A DNA stretch of 64,000 bases from Candidatus Cloacimonadales bacterium (lineage in GTDB: Bacteria > Cloacimonadota > Cloacimonadia > Cloacimonadales > JAFGVF01), in assembly GCA_963663475.2 (NCBI GenBank), contig CAXXJV010000001.1, positions 2,400,001 to 2,464,000 on the forward strand, read 5' to 3'. The notes beneath the pieces were generated by a model that ran no database searches, was not told where the DNA came from, and was given only the letters and a program-made list of their open reading frames with translations. The position numbers and the translations under genes were made by a program. This document shows positions 30,391 through 41,280 of this stretch, in pieces; position 1 is the first letter of the stretch, and every line of letters begins with the position of its first letter.

Positions 30391-31276
30391 ACTTAATTGC
30401 AGTATCGGTATTATTGTCTATAATGAAGCCAAAAATATTGGTAATCTCTTAGAAAGAGTAACATCAGAAGAATATCCTGATGTCCATATAGATGAAATAA
30501 TTGTAGTATCAAGTGGTTCTACAGATGGTACTGATGAACTTGTAGATTTTTATGTTAAGCATGATTCTAGGGTAAAACTATTTACTGAGTCTGAAAGAAG
30601 TGGAAAATCATCTGCCATCAACATCTTTTTGAAAAATGCTAAGAATGAGCTTGTAATTATTGAAAGTGGAGATACAATACCTGCTAAAGGAACAATAAGA
30701 AAGCTAATAATACCCTTCAGAGATGCTGAAATCGGAATGACTGGTGGACGTCCTGTTCCAATTAATACCAGTATAACATTCCCTGGTTATGCAGTTAATC
30801 TCTTATGGAAACTACACCATAAAATGGCCTTAAAATCTCCTAAATTAGGAGAAATGATTGCTTTTAGAAAAGTCTTTACTTCAATACCTCCTGAAAGTGC
30901 TGTTGATGAAGCTAGCATTGAAGCTCTCATAAACGAAAATAAGCTAAAAAAATTATATATCCCTGATGCAATAATTCATAATAAAGGACCTGAAGATATT
31001 AAAGGTTTTATTAAACAAAGAAAAAGAATTGAAACAGGTCATTTATGGTTAACCAAAAAACACAAATATCAGGTAGTATCCCAGAAAAAATCCATTCTGT
31101 TAGACCTAATGATAAGTGAAATTATTGAAAATCCCATCGATATACCTAAAATTTTTGCAGTAATGCTTGTAGAAATATATGCTAGATTACTAGGTAAGAT
31201 CGATTATTATATTAAAGGTAAGAATCCCACAACTTGGGAAATCATTGATTCAACCAAAAATCTTAGAAAAGGTTAA
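30383..31276 (+). CDS. Glycosyltransferase family 2
   Basis: YNEA, SGSTDGT, GKS.AIN, QRKR motifs. Confidence 0.85.
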   Translation: MNKLNCSIGIIVYNEAKNIGNLLERVTSEEYPDVHIDEIIVVSSGSTDGTDELVDFYVKHDSRVKLFTESERSGKSSAINIFLKNAKNELVIIESGDTIPAKGTIRKLIIPFRDAEIGMTGGRPVPINTSITFPGYAVNLLWKLHHKMALKSPKLGEMIAFRKVFTSIPPESAVDEASIEALINENKLKKLYIPDAIIHNKGPEDIKGFIKQRKRIETGHLWLTKKHKYQVVSQKKSILLDLMISEIIENPIDIPKIFAVMLVEIYARLLGKIDYYIKGKNPTTWEIIDSTKNLRKG

Positions 31277-31279
31277 GTA

Positions 31280-32362
31280 ATGCTATCTCTTATTCCCAAA
31301 ATAATTGCTTATAAAATGTTTAAAAATATAGGTATTCCACATATAATGCCTATGAACTATACTGTTTCTTTACTTTACGAATGTAATTCCCGTTGTTCGA
31401 CTTGTAATATCTGGAAAAAACGTAGCAAAAGACTCACTGCTCAAGAGTATCGTAAGATTTTTAAAAAAATTGGTCATTCTCCTTATTGGATAACTTTTAG
31501 TGGTGGTGAACCGTTTCTCAGAGATGATATCGCAGATGTTGTCACTAATATTTATGATGTTTCCAAACCAAAAATTATTAATATTCCTACAAATGGAATA
31601 CTAACAAAAAAGATTGTCGATAATGTTAAAATCATATCTAATCACTGCAAGAAAAGCCAGATTGTGATTAATCTATCAATTGATGGTATTGGTAAGGAAC
31701 ATGATGACATTAGAAGGGTTCCTGGAAATTATGAAAAGGTTATCAGAACCTTCAAAACATTAAAAAAACTAAACATAAAAAACGTATCCATTGGTATTCA
31801 TACAGTAATATCGAACTTCAATGTTAGTAATTTCTCTAATATTGCTCGTACTCTCATTGATATGAATCCAGATTCATATATAACCGAAATTGCTGAAGAA
31901 AGAAATGAATTAGATACTATTAATGCTAATATCACTCCTAATATGATTAAATATCGTTCAGCTATTGATTATTTGATTCATAAGATAAAGAACAGTAAGT
32001 TTTATGGATTTCAAAAAATCACTATGGCATTTAGGATTGAGTATTATGACTTAGTAAAGAAAATACTCAGAGATCAAACACAAGTGATTCCCTGCTATTC
32101 AGGTATAGCATCCTGTCAGATTGCTCCTAATGGCGATGTTTGGTCTTGTTGCATAAAAGCAAAATCATTAGGAAATTTAGTAGAAAATGATTATAACTTC
32201 AAGAAAATATGGAACTCTCCTGAAATGGCTCTCGAGCGAGTGTCAATTCATAAAAAAGAATGCCATTGTCCTCTCGCAAATGCATCTTATACTAATATGT
32301 TAATGGATATTCCCACACTTAAAAGAGTATTCTATAGATCCTTTATAAAATGGTGGAGATAA
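31280..32362 (+). CDS. Radical SAM protein with SPASM/twitch-like C-terminal domain
   Basis: CNSRCSTC (CxxxCxxC), SGGEP, C-terminal CYSG..I.PNGDV.SCC..C.C. Confidence 0.88.
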   Translation: MLSLIPKIIAYKMFKNIGIPHIMPMNYTVSLLYECNSRCSTCNIWKKRSKRLTAQEYRKIFKKIGHSPYWITFSGGEPFLRDDIADVVTNIYDVSKPKIINIPTNGILTKKIVDNVKIISNHCKKSQIVINLSIDGIGKEHDDIRRVPGNYEKVIRTFKTLKKLNIKNVSIGIHTVISNFNVSNFSNIARTLIDMNPDSYITEIAEERNELDTINANITPNMIKYRSAIDYLIHKIKNSKFYGFQKITMAFRIEYYDLVKKILRDQTQVIPCYSGIASCQIAPNGDVWSCCIKAKSLGNLVENDYNFKKIWNSPEMALERVSIHKKECHCPLANASYTNMLMDIPTLKRVFYRSFIKWWR

Positions 32363-32365
32363 TCT

Positions 32366-33001
32366 TTGATAAAACAAATCTCTATTTCTAATTCTTTTAG
32401 CAATAAAATTGCCTTTACTGATTATTATCCTAGCAGACAGGATTACTTCTCTCTTTTTATACATTATTTTGAAGACACTCCTATTGTCTATGATACTTTA
32501 GGGGAAATTATGGATTTAATCCTTACTTTTCTTGATCAGAATAAAGATGTTTCTAAAGATAAATTACTTAGCTTTATGAATGACTTAAATTGGATATCAG
32601 CAGGAAAGTTGCGCAATCTACCTCTTAATAATCAGGGAATTTCATTAGGACTTATCTTAATCAATGATAATCAAGTGCGAGCCTTAAGATACGGTAGAAT
32701 ATTGATGGCTAGAGTTATAAATTCAAAAATCGAATCCTTAGGACCGAAATGGGATAATTTTAGTATAAAATCGCTAGATAACCTTTCTCTACTTGGTCTG
32801 TTATCTGAAGATAAATACCCAGAACTCTTTGAATTTGAACTTAAAAACAATGAACAATTTATTGTTCTGGAGAGTGATGCAGTAGATAAATACCAGCAAA
32901 GTCTAAAGTTATCTGAAACTTTTAATCCTGATTATTTTATCTACCAAATCCTTGAATGTCATAGAAAAGAAAGCAAAAAAAAATTGCTTAGATTAATCTA
33001 A
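32366..33001 (+). CDS. Hypothetical protein, possible degenerate PP2C-type phosphatase fold
   Basis: GISL..I..N....RYGR..LLG..PE..FE.K....IVLESDA resembles PP2C motif spacing with the GD and DG motifs altered. Confidence 0.45.
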   Translation: MIKQISISNSFSNKIAFTDYYPSRQDYFSLFIHYFEDTPIVYDTLGEIMDLILTFLDQNKDVSKDKLLSFMNDLNWISAGKLRNLPLNNQGISLGLILINDNQVRALRYGRILMARVINSKIESLGPKWDNFSIKSLDNLSLLGLLSEDKYPELFEFELKNNEQFIVLESDAVDKYQQSLKLSETFNPDYFIYQILECHRKESKKKLLRLI

Positions 33002-33016
33002 TCTCTAAGCAATTTT
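32980..33016. terminator. Hairpin at the point where the + and - gene blocks converge
   Basis: AAAATTGCTTAGA...TCTAAGCAATTTT inverted repeat. Confidence 0.55.
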
Positions 33017-33115
33017 AAGTTCAACAAAACTTTTATCTTGAAAGCCAATTTCTACACTCTTCCCTAAAAATCTACTCCTCTATTTGGCTTTATATAAACA
33101 TATTTTGGCTATTAT

Positions 33116-33811
33116 TTAGATTCCTTTATAAATTAACTTTTCTTCCCATGGCTTATTAAGAAAGTATTTTAGAACAACTCTTTCCTTACCACCCAGACCT
33201 TGTGGAATTGACTCAGCAAATTTTTCCAATACTAGATATTTATGAAAAGGTAACTTCAATTCTTCTGCAAGCTCATTAACAACATTTATCCCTTCTTTGA
33301 CTACACTTTCATCAGTAAATTCCATTAAGTTAGAATTACAAATAAGCTCTGTAACTTTAAGAGTTGATAATGATTCTATCATCTCCATCATCTGTTTGAT
33401 TTCAGCAACATTGCTTGTGAAAGGTCTGTTTGTGTTGATAACAAAATGAAGTTCATAACCTCTTTTCTTTATCTCAGGAACAAAGCGTCCTAAAGTTCTT
33501 GCTCCTGCAGGATCACCACCAACATCAAGAACTACTGTTCTGTCAGTCTTCATTATCATACCTCTAATTCTAGGTGATATCATAGGTAGATCTGCATGCT
33601 TAAACTCACCTTCTGGAGCTACAACTTGAATACCAATTTCTTCAAATTGCTCTCTCACATCCCTACTACGAAAATATGGATTAACAACATCCATATCACA
33701 TAAAACTACATCATGGTCTTTATCATTAAAATCTTTGGCTAGATTAATTGAATACTCACTCTTACCAGAACCATAAGCACCAATTACTATTATTAATTTA
33801 TGATCAGTCAT
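33116..33811 (-). CDS. P-loop NTPase (CobQ/MinD/ParA-like)
   Basis: GAYGSGKS Walker A; DMDVVNPYFRSR; LDVGGD. Confidence 0.75.
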   Translation of the reverse strand: MTDHKLIIVIGAYGSGKSEYSINLAKDFNDKDHDVVLCDMDVVNPYFRSRDVREQFEEIGIQVVAPEGEFKHADLPMISPRIRGMIMKTDRTVVLDVGGDPAGARTLGRFVPEIKKRGYELHFVINTNRPFTSNVAEIKQMMEMIESLSTLKVTELICNSNLMEFTDESVVKEGINVVNELAEELKLPFHKYLVLEKFAESIPQGLGGKERVVLKYFLNKPWEEKLIYKGI

Positions 33812-33853
33812 TATAAAAAACTCCCTATTATCTTTTTATAAAGAATATAATAT

Positions 33854-34516
33854 TTAATTTTGAAAAAGCAAAGTATCTAACTCAGAATAGTTATTAACAA
33901 AGGCATGGGCCTTACTCTTAAGCCTATCACTATCCTTCTTAGAATAATCATTATAAATAGCAACAACCTTCATTCCTGCATTGATAGCAGCCTCAACACC
34001 ATGGATGGTATCTTCAACCACCAAACATTGATTAGGAGACACAGCGAGCTCATTAGCTACTTTTAAATAGATATCTGGAAATGGTTTGCCTCGATTAATC
34101 TTACAACCGGTAACAATACTAAGAAATCTATACGTAATATTGTTATTATCTAACACAGCTTGGGTCAAAACTTGAGAGTTACTTGTACCAATAGCTAATT
34201 TCTTACCAGATTTTTCAATTTTATCAAGCAAATCTAAAGCCCCAGGTATTAATTCAAGATTAGAATAAAAATCTAAAACCATTGAATTCCATTCTGCTAT
34301 TATATCTTGTATAGATTCAGATAGATTAAACCTTTCCTTGAAATAAACTGCTATAGCACGAAGTCCATCTCCTGAAGGTAAATGACTGAATAAGTCAGCT
34401 GGTACTTCTTTTCCTCTTTTTTTTAAGAAATCAATATCGACTTGATCCCAAACATGCATTGAATCTATCAAAGTACCATCTAAATCAAAAATTACAGCTT
34501 TAATATCTTCTAACAT
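33854..34516 (-). CDS. HAD family phosphatase
   Basis: FDLDGTL, KPFPD, EDT..G. Confidence 0.9.
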   Translation of the reverse strand: MLEDIKAVIFDLDGTLIDSMHVWDQVDIDFLKKRGKEVPADLFSHLPSGDGLRAIAVYFKERFNLSESIQDIIAEWNSMVLDFYSNLELIPGALDLLDKIEKSGKKLAIGTSNSQVLTQAVLDNNNITYRFLSIVTGCKINRGKPFPDIYLKVANELAVSPNQCLVVEDTIHGVEAAINAGMKVVAIYNDYSKKDSDRLKSKAHAFVNNYSELDTLLFQN

Positions 34517-34518
34517 AG

Positions 34519-35496
34519 TTATAATATACTCTGATTAAAAAATTTCTTAACCATCTCAGCACTCTGATACTTACCAAAGAGAGCCATTAGCTTAATTCTA
34601 GCTTTCGGACCCTGTAAATCACCACCTAAAATACAACCCATCTCTTGCAAACTCTTTCCTCCACCTTCATAACCATATTCTGCTAATACTCTACCAGTAA
34701 TTGTTCTAGAAACTATGATTATTAAGACACCTACATCAATTGCCTTCTGAATTGCAGGCAAGATACTAACAGGTAAATTTCCTCTTCCAAAAGCCTCGAT
34801 TACTATAGCTTTAACACCATTAGCAACTGATGCATTTATATAAGTCTCATCCAATCCAGCAACAGCTTTTATTAAATCTACTTTGGGTTCAATAACATTA
34901 GTCCAAACAGACTCTCGTAAGTAATTATTTCTGTGATAAATAACCATATCAGGATCAATAGTACCTATAGGACCATACTTAGGAGATCTAAAAGCATCTA
35001 CTGTGCCTGAATCAAACTTTAAAACATCTCTAGCTGTATGGATATCATCATTCATGACTACCAAAACACCTTTATCAACAGTTTCAGGATGACTAGCCAC
35101 TCTTACTGCATCAATAATATTTCTTGGCCCATCTAAACCTAATTCAGAACCAGATCTCATAGCTGCTGTTAGAACAATAGGCTTCCTGCTTGTAGTAACC
35201 AAGTCAAGAAAATATGCAGTTTCTTCCAAGGTGTCTGTACCATGAGTTATAACAATACCATCATAATCAAGAAGATAACTATCAACCTTTTGAGATAAAT
35301 CTAACATAATTTCAGGAGTCATATAAGGACTAGGTAAATTAGAATACTCGATAACTTCTATGTTTGAAATGTCAGTTAACTGAGGGAAAGAGTTAAGAAA
35401 TTCAATAAATTCAGTAGTTGGAACAACTCCTAAATTTTGAGTCCTTTTCATGCCAATAGTTCCACCAGTTGTTAAAATTAATATATCCTTTTTCAT
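34519..35496 (-). CDS. Asparaginase
   Basis: TTGGTI and THGTDTLEETA. Confidence 0.92.
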   Translation of the reverse strand: MKKDILILTTGGTIGMKRTQNLGVVPTTEFIEFLNSFPQLTDISNIEVIEYSNLPSPYMTPEIMLDLSQKVDSYLLDYDGIVITHGTDTLEETAYFLDLVTTSRKPIVLTAAMRSGSELGLDGPRNIIDAVRVASHPETVDKGVLVVMNDDIHTARDVLKFDSGTVDAFRSPKYGPIGTIDPDMVIYHRNNYLRESVWTNVIEPKVDLIKAVAGLDETYINASVANGVKAIVIEAFGRGNLPVSILPAIQKAIDVGVLIIIVSRTITGRVLAEYGYEGGGKSLQEMGCILGGDLQGPKARIKLMALFGKYQSAEMVKKFFNQSIL

Positions 35497-37250
35497 TAAT
35501 TATTTCCTTTATATAAATCTTGCATATTAAACCATTTCTTTACTTTAGCACTATCTATCTCTTGGTCTAACCAAGTTGTATAATAGTTGTTTAAAGCATC
35601 ATGACGATATTGGCCTTGGATAATATAATAATTTTTTTTAAAATATTCCTTATCTGCATCATTATGTTCTAATAAGACAGCTATATAAGCCATTTCATCG
35701 TCATGAAAACTTTTAGTATAATGACCTTTTGAAGATAATGAGAAGATATCACTAATTAGCTTATCATTATGGTCACTCATTAATGAAGAATCTTTATTAA
35801 CATCAAGAATAAGTTCATAGACAACATCATTAAGCTGATCTTTATCAATATTTTCATAATCATCTGCAAGATTTCTTAATCTATTTGTAGCTAAATTGAA
35901 TTGCTTTTCTTTTAAAATTTCTTCTTTGATTTGATTAAAAACAAGATCAAGCTCTTTCTTCTTGTTTAACCTATTTTGCTCTATCTGTACCATTACTAAA
36001 AAACGTTCAGTTTTATTGTAGATAGGTGGATAGATATAACCATCAGCTTTACCATAAGCATCTTTTATCAAATCTGATAAATCACCTAAATTATCAACAA
36101 AGGTGTTGTTTAGATTTAGACCTTGACTAGTGTAAACTTGCCAATTGAACTCAAAAGCAGCCTCTTCAATTCCTATTTGACGAATCATCTCTTCTACCTG
36201 CATGAATTCTTCTCGTCTTTGCAAAATTGTATTTTGGCTAATCTGAACAGGATGTTTTAATTCTTGTAACTTAACCATGCTCTTGGTCTTTTCTAATACC
36301 TTATAGATATACCAAACATTCTTCTTGGAGACAGGAGATATTACATCACCCACTTGGGCTGAAGCTACATAACTTCTGATAATCTCTGGAACATTTTCAA
36401 TCTTAATAAAGGGCATTTTACCCATAGGATACAAGCTTAGATTTGATGAGAATTCAAGAACTGCACTATCAAAATCACCACCTTGAGATAATTTAAAATA
36501 TAAAGAGTCTATACTGGCTCTTGTCTGGGCAATTTCTCTTTCTGTTGGTTCAATTTCTTGGATTAAATATTTAATATCTAAAGAAGGCTGATAATAATAC
36601 TTATTCTTGTCCTCAGCCCATCTAAGTTCAACTTCAGTATTAGTGACAGTAGGTTGAAAATTATTTAAATACATTTTGAGAAGTATTATATCTGAAGTTG
36701 AATAGTTTTTTTCATAATATTTTTCAACATCAGACTTTGAAATATCAGCATTTTTGATAAGTACTTCTTGTATTCTTCTAAAAGTTAAAAGCTGATTATA
36801 GTTATATTTAATAAATTCGGTATTTACAGGTTCATTGTTAATGATTGAAGACCTATATTTTTCTTCATCAAAACTACCCTTTGTTTTAAAATAGCTTGAT
36901 TCGACTAAGCTACTTGGTGGATTATTTAATAATGAATCAATTACTTCTCCCTGGCTAATTTCGATATTATGTTTTGAAACAAATTGACTAATAATAACAC
37001 TCTTAATAATCTCATTCCATGTCTCATCTTCAAGCCGATTTATTTCCTTAGTTGTTGGTTTATAGTTTTTGTTACCCTTTATTAAATCGTTATAATTATA
37101 CAAAAAATTTGTTGTGAAAATTGATCTTTCAATCAATTGCCCATTAATCTCTCCAGCATACTGCTCTTGTTTTTCATTATTTGTAGAACATGATATTAAA
37201 ATCACGCTAAAAACGAGCAATACTATAGCAGTCTTGAGAACTCTTTTCAT
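35496..37250 (-). CDS. SurA/PpiD-like periplasmic chaperone (lipoprotein)
   Basis: Lipobox LISC; GEING SurA N-domain; G.FD..KY; degenerate rotamase G.DF.....FS. Confidence 0.7.
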   Translation of the reverse strand: MKRVLKTAIVLLVFSVILISCSTNNEKQEQYAGEINGQLIERSIFTTNFLYNYNDLIKGNKNYKPTTKEINRLEDETWNEIIKSVIISQFVSKHNIEISQGEVIDSLLNNPPSSLVESSYFKTKGSFDEEKYRSSIINNEPVNTEFIKYNYNQLLTFRRIQEVLIKNADISKSDVEKYYEKNYSTSDIILLKMYLNNFQPTVTNTEVELRWAEDKNKYYYQPSLDIKYLIQEIEPTEREIAQTRASIDSLYFKLSQGGDFDSAVLEFSSNLSLYPMGKMPFIKIENVPEIIRSYVASAQVGDVISPVSKKNVWYIYKVLEKTKSMVKLQELKHPVQISQNTILQRREEFMQVEEMIRQIGIEEAAFEFNWQVYTSQGLNLNNTFVDNLGDLSDLIKDAYGKADGYIYPPIYNKTERFLVMVQIEQNRLNKKKELDLVFNQIKEEILKEKQFNLATNRLRNLADDYENIDKDQLNDVVYELILDVNKDSSLMSDHNDKLISDIFSLSSKGHYTKSFHDDEMAYIAVLLEHNDADKEYFKKNYYIIQGQYRHDALNNYYTTWLDQEIDSAKVKKWFNMQDLYKGNN

Positions 37251-37268
37251 ATGAACCCCTATTTATTC

Positions 37269-39899
37269 TTAATCTTTATTATCTATTTTATCTTGGATAT
37301 CTTTAAGCTTTTGCCATGCTTGCAAGGGAGATAGTTGGTTCAAGTCTATTTCACTTATCTCCTGTAAGAGATCTTGATTCTCTTGACTTTTATCTTCCAG
37401 TAAATCAAATATTGTAATTTGATCATCCATTGTAGATAATTGTTTTTTGATTTTTCCAACTAAACCTTGTGGAGATAATTCATGCTCTTCTAAGTTCTTT
37501 AGAATCTGTTTTGCTCTTTTAAGAACTGTCTTTGGCATTCCAGCTAAATGAGCTACTTGAATTCCATAACTTTGATCTGCTCCCCCTCTCTCTATTTTTC
37601 TGAGGAAAATCAAATCTTGTTTCCATGTCTTTACTACAATATTGTAGTTTTTTACAGAATCTAATACGTTTTCAAGTTCTGTCAATTCATGATAGTGAGT
37701 AGCAAAAAGAGTCTTTGCCCCCTTATGATTATGAATATATTCTACAATAGACCAAGCTAAACTAAGTCCATCAAAAGTAGATGTACCTCTACCAATTTCA
37801 TCTAAAAGGATTAAGGAACTAGCAGTAGCAGAGTTTAAGATATTTGCAGTTTCTATCATTTCAACAAGGAAAGTAGACTGTCCTTGGGCAAGGTTATCAG
37901 AAGCACCTACCCGAGTAAATACTTTATCAAAAATTGGTAACACAGCTTTTTTTGCAGGTATAAATGATCCTATTTGAGCCATAATGGCAATAAGGCCTAT
38001 TTGTCTTAAATATGTAGATTTACCAGCCATGTTTGGTCCAGTTATTATAGCTATCTTATTATTCTCGTTATCTAAAATTACATCATTAGGGATATATTGT
38101 TCATCAACTAAGAGCTGTTCGATAACTGGGTGCCTACATTCACTAATCTCCATACTACCATCAGTTGAGAAAGAAGGCCTTACATATCTATTCTTGTGGG
38201 CTGTGAAAGCAAAAGAGCAAAGAACATCTAATACAGAAATAACTTCTACAAATTGCTGTATAACTTCAATATACTCTTGAATTTTACTTCTTATTTGACT
38301 GTATATTTCGTATTCGAGTGATTTAATTCTCTCTTCAGCACCTAAAACTTTTGATTCATATTCTTTAAGTTGTGGAGAGATGTACCTTTCACTATTAACT
38401 AAAGTTTGTTTCCTTATGTAATGTTCTGGTATCTTGTCTTTATGAGTTTTAGTTACTTCTAAGTAATAACCAAAGACTCTATTATAGCCTATTTTAAGTG
38501 AGTTTATTCCAGTTTGTTCTCGTTCAGAATCTTCTAATTTGGCAATCCAAGCCTTACCATCCCGACTCAGATCTCTTAGATCATCAAGTTCAGAATTAAA
38601 ATTATCATTTATTATATTACCATCTTTGATGTTTTGGGGAGGATTATCCATGATAGAATTGTCTATAAGTGCAATCATTTCAGAATAATCAGCAATATTA
38701 GTTGAAAGCGAGGTCAATAGTTGAGAATCAAATTCTTGCAAATAATTAATAATTTTAGGAGAATAATTCAGATAATTTCTAAGAGCAATTAACTCTCGGG
38801 GATTAACTTTTAAAGTAGCTACTTTTGAGATTATTCTACTAATATCACCAATTTCACTTAAAATATCTCGAATCGCATTATTTACTTCAATTCTTTCTTT
38901 TAGTTGTTGAACTGACTTCTGTCTTAAATATATCTCTTCTTCATCTAATAAAGGATGAGTTAACCAATTATTTAACAATCTAGTACCCATCGGAGTTAAA
39001 GTATTATCTAAGATAGAAATCAGTGATCCATGTTTATTACCATAACGAATAGATTTTGTGAGCTCTAGGTTACGTCTACTTATATCATCGAGTAACATAT
39101 AATTTTCTATCGAGTAATATACTAGATGATTAATATGAACTAGATCATCATTCTTTAATTCTTTTAAATATGCTAGGGCTATACCTGCTGCACTAGCACC
39201 AACTTTCTTCCTGTTTGCACCTAAACTCTCAAGCGATTTAGTATGAAAATGATCTTTAAGAATATTCAAGGCTTCAGAAGTTTCATTCTGCCATGAATCA
39301 TAAATGGTTATCAGAGGAGTGTAATCAGGGATGAGCTCTACTACTTCTACTTTTGTTTTTTCATCTTTAACAATAATCTCAGCTGGGAGAATCCTTAATA
39401 TTTCACCTTTGAGATTAACTTTTTTTAGTTCTGTAAAAACAAAATCTCCTGTAGAAACATCAATGGAAGCGAGGCCAATTATATCCTTTTTACCAAAATG
39501 TATTGTAGAAAGAAAGTTATTGTCAGGTTTGCTTATCAAGTTACTATCAACAAGAGAACCAGGTGTTATGATATCAACAATATCTCTCTTTACAATACCC
39601 TTAGCTTCTTTAGGATTTTCAACTTGTTCACAGATAGCTACTTTCTGTCCTGCTGCTACCAACTTATTTAAATAATTATCTAAAGCATGATAAGGGAAAC
39701 CTGCCAATGGTACTGGGTCATCTTCACTCTTGTTTCTAGCTGTAAGTGTTATTCCTAAAACTTTTGAAGTAATTTTGGCATCTTCAAAAAAAGTTTCATA
39801 AAAATCACCCATTCTAAAGAGTAATATCTTATCTGGATGTAAATCTTTGAATTTCCAATATTGCTCCAACATTGGAGTCGTCTTTTTAGTCTTAGTCAT
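37269..39899 (-). CDS. mutS: DNA mismatch repair protein MutS
   Basis: TPMLEQY, FRMGDFYETF, GPNMAGKST, LDEIGRGTST, FATHYHEL; ATG 39899. Confidence 0.98.
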   Translation of the reverse strand: MTKTKKTTPMLEQYWKFKDLHPDKILLFRMGDFYETFFEDAKITSKVLGITLTARNKSEDDPVPLAGFPYHALDNYLNKLVAAGQKVAICEQVENPKEAKGIVKRDIVDIITPGSLVDSNLISKPDNNFLSTIHFGKKDIIGLASIDVSTGDFVFTELKKVNLKGEILRILPAEIIVKDEKTKVEVVELIPDYTPLITIYDSWQNETSEALNILKDHFHTKSLESLGANRKKVGASAAGIALAYLKELKNDDLVHINHLVYYSIENYMLLDDISRRNLELTKSIRYGNKHGSLISILDNTLTPMGTRLLNNWLTHPLLDEEEIYLRQKSVQQLKERIEVNNAIRDILSEIGDISRIISKVATLKVNPRELIALRNYLNYSPKIINYLQEFDSQLLTSLSTNIADYSEMIALIDNSIMDNPPQNIKDGNIINDNFNSELDDLRDLSRDGKAWIAKLEDSEREQTGINSLKIGYNRVFGYYLEVTKTHKDKIPEHYIRKQTLVNSERYISPQLKEYESKVLGAEERIKSLEYEIYSQIRSKIQEYIEVIQQFVEVISVLDVLCSFAFTAHKNRYVRPSFSTDGSMEISECRHPVIEQLLVDEQYIPNDVILDNENNKIAIITGPNMAGKSTYLRQIGLIAIMAQIGSFIPAKKAVLPIFDKVFTRVGASDNLAQGQSTFLVEMIETANILNSATASSLILLDEIGRGTSTFDGLSLAWSIVEYIHNHKGAKTLFATHYHELTELENVLDSVKNYNIVVKTWKQDLIFLRKIERGGADQSYGIQVAHLAGMPKTVLKRAKQILKNLEEHELSPQGLVGKIKKQLSTMDDQITIFDLLEDKSQENQDLLQEISEIDLNQLSPLQAWQKLKDIQDKIDNKD

Positions 39900-41280
39900 T
39901 AGCAATTAAAAAACAATCAACTTGTTTAGATTTGAAGTATGCAATATCTTGCTTTGCTAAATTAGCGTTATCGTAAGGCTGACTCCATATCACATAGGTA
40001 ATATCTTCACCCTTCACATCTCTAATAATATTCCAAGTCTTTTGCAAATAAAATAACTCTTTAACCCTATTTATTGCATATTCTTTTTTGGTAAATCTTC
40101 CGATTTGAATAAAATACTTTCCAAGCGGTTTATTCATTAGATAAATATAATCTTCAGTCTGAATATTCTTAGGGCGTTCTAATAAAGCTCCATCATCATT
40201 AACATTTTCTAAGATTACTTCTTGACGTCCTCTACTTTCCTGATCTTTATTATCTCCTATTTCACTATAAAGTGAAGTAGATTCAACTACTTCCCTATCC
40301 CTCTTATTAAGAATAGATGAGTCTTCATTACTCTTATTACCTTTTTGGGCAGGAGCTTTATAGTCTTCAATTTCAATAACTTCTTCCTCAGCATCTTGAT
40401 AATTATTAGCAAAAAACTTGCTTAATACAGAAGAAGTGTCACTTCTTACAAGTTCATTTACATTAAATATTTTCATATTAGATTCATGTGCTATCAAGTC
40501 AGACTTATCATCTGAAGCATAATTCTTTGTGTATAAAAAAGATATATCAAGGTTATTATCTACACTTTTTCTTAACTCGTATAATCTTTCTTCGATAATA
40601 GAAGCATATTGACCATATGGATTTTCTATAAATGATTTTCTATAATTCTCAACCGCTAGGTTTAAGTTATCAACTTTCTCATAACTATAACCTATTCTAT
40701 AATACAAATAAGCTTTGTTTATGCCATCTTTCTTATTCCTCAAAAGCTCTTCAGCAAGTACTATTCCTTTTTGATAGTTCCCTTGAGTTATACTATTTTC
40801 AATTAACATATAATAACTAAGTTCATATTTATGGTCTTCAATAGAGCATTTTTCAATGAACATTGAGGCATATTTTGAGCTTTGTTTATGTTCTTGTTTC
40901 ATAAAGTAGAGTCGAGATAACCAATAATAATACTCAGGAATCTTACTATCATCTTCAATCTTACTAAAGTAAAATTCAGATTGAGAATATTTTCTCTTAA
41001 AGAAATTTATTACACCCAATTTGAAATTTACTTGATCCTTATACTCCATTTCAGGAAAACCTTCTATCAGTTCTTGCAGAGTTTGGTCAAAATTTTTACT
41101 AGTCACTAAAGATTCATAATAAGCGGCTCTAGGTAACTCAGATTGATCAAAATGAGGTTTGGAAAATATCTCTTGTCTGAGTTGTGCAACTTGCCCTTTA
41201 CTGTATAAGTCTTCGTACTGATCAGCTATAATCAGTGAAAACTGAGCTATTATAACAAGAGTAATTAATAATCTTTTCAT
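39892..41280 (-). CDS. Exported TPR protein with C-terminal SPOR domain
   Basis: Signal peptide, TPR-like helices, YFIQIGRF SPOR-like start. Confidence 0.7.
   Translation of the reverse strand: MKRLLITLVIIAQFSLIIADQYEDLYSKGQVAQLRQEIFSKPHFDQSELPRAAYYESLVTSKNFDQTLQELIEGFPEMEYKDQVNFKLGVINFFKRKYSQSEFYFSKIEDDSKIPEYYYWLSRLYFMKQEHKQSSKYASMFIEKCSIEDHKYELSYYMLIENSITQGNYQKGIVLAEELLRNKKDGINKAYLYYRIGYSYEKVDNLNLAVENYRKSFIENPYGQYASIIEERLYELRKSVDNNLDISFLYTKNYASDDKSDLIAHESNMKIFNVNELVRSDTSSVLSKFFANNYQDAEEEVIEIEDYKAPAQKGNKSNEDSSILNKRDREVVESTSLYSEIGDNKDQESRGRQEVILENVNDDGALLERPKNIQTEDYIYLMNKPLGKYFIQIGRFTKKEYAINRVKELFYLQKTWNIIRDVKGEDITYVIWSQPYDNANLAKQDIAYFKSKQVDCFLIAND

Noticed and set aside
33001-33116. Replication terminus at the convergence of the + and - gene blocks
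   Set aside because: No dif-like site recognised, and the + strand looks C-rich on both sides in spot checks
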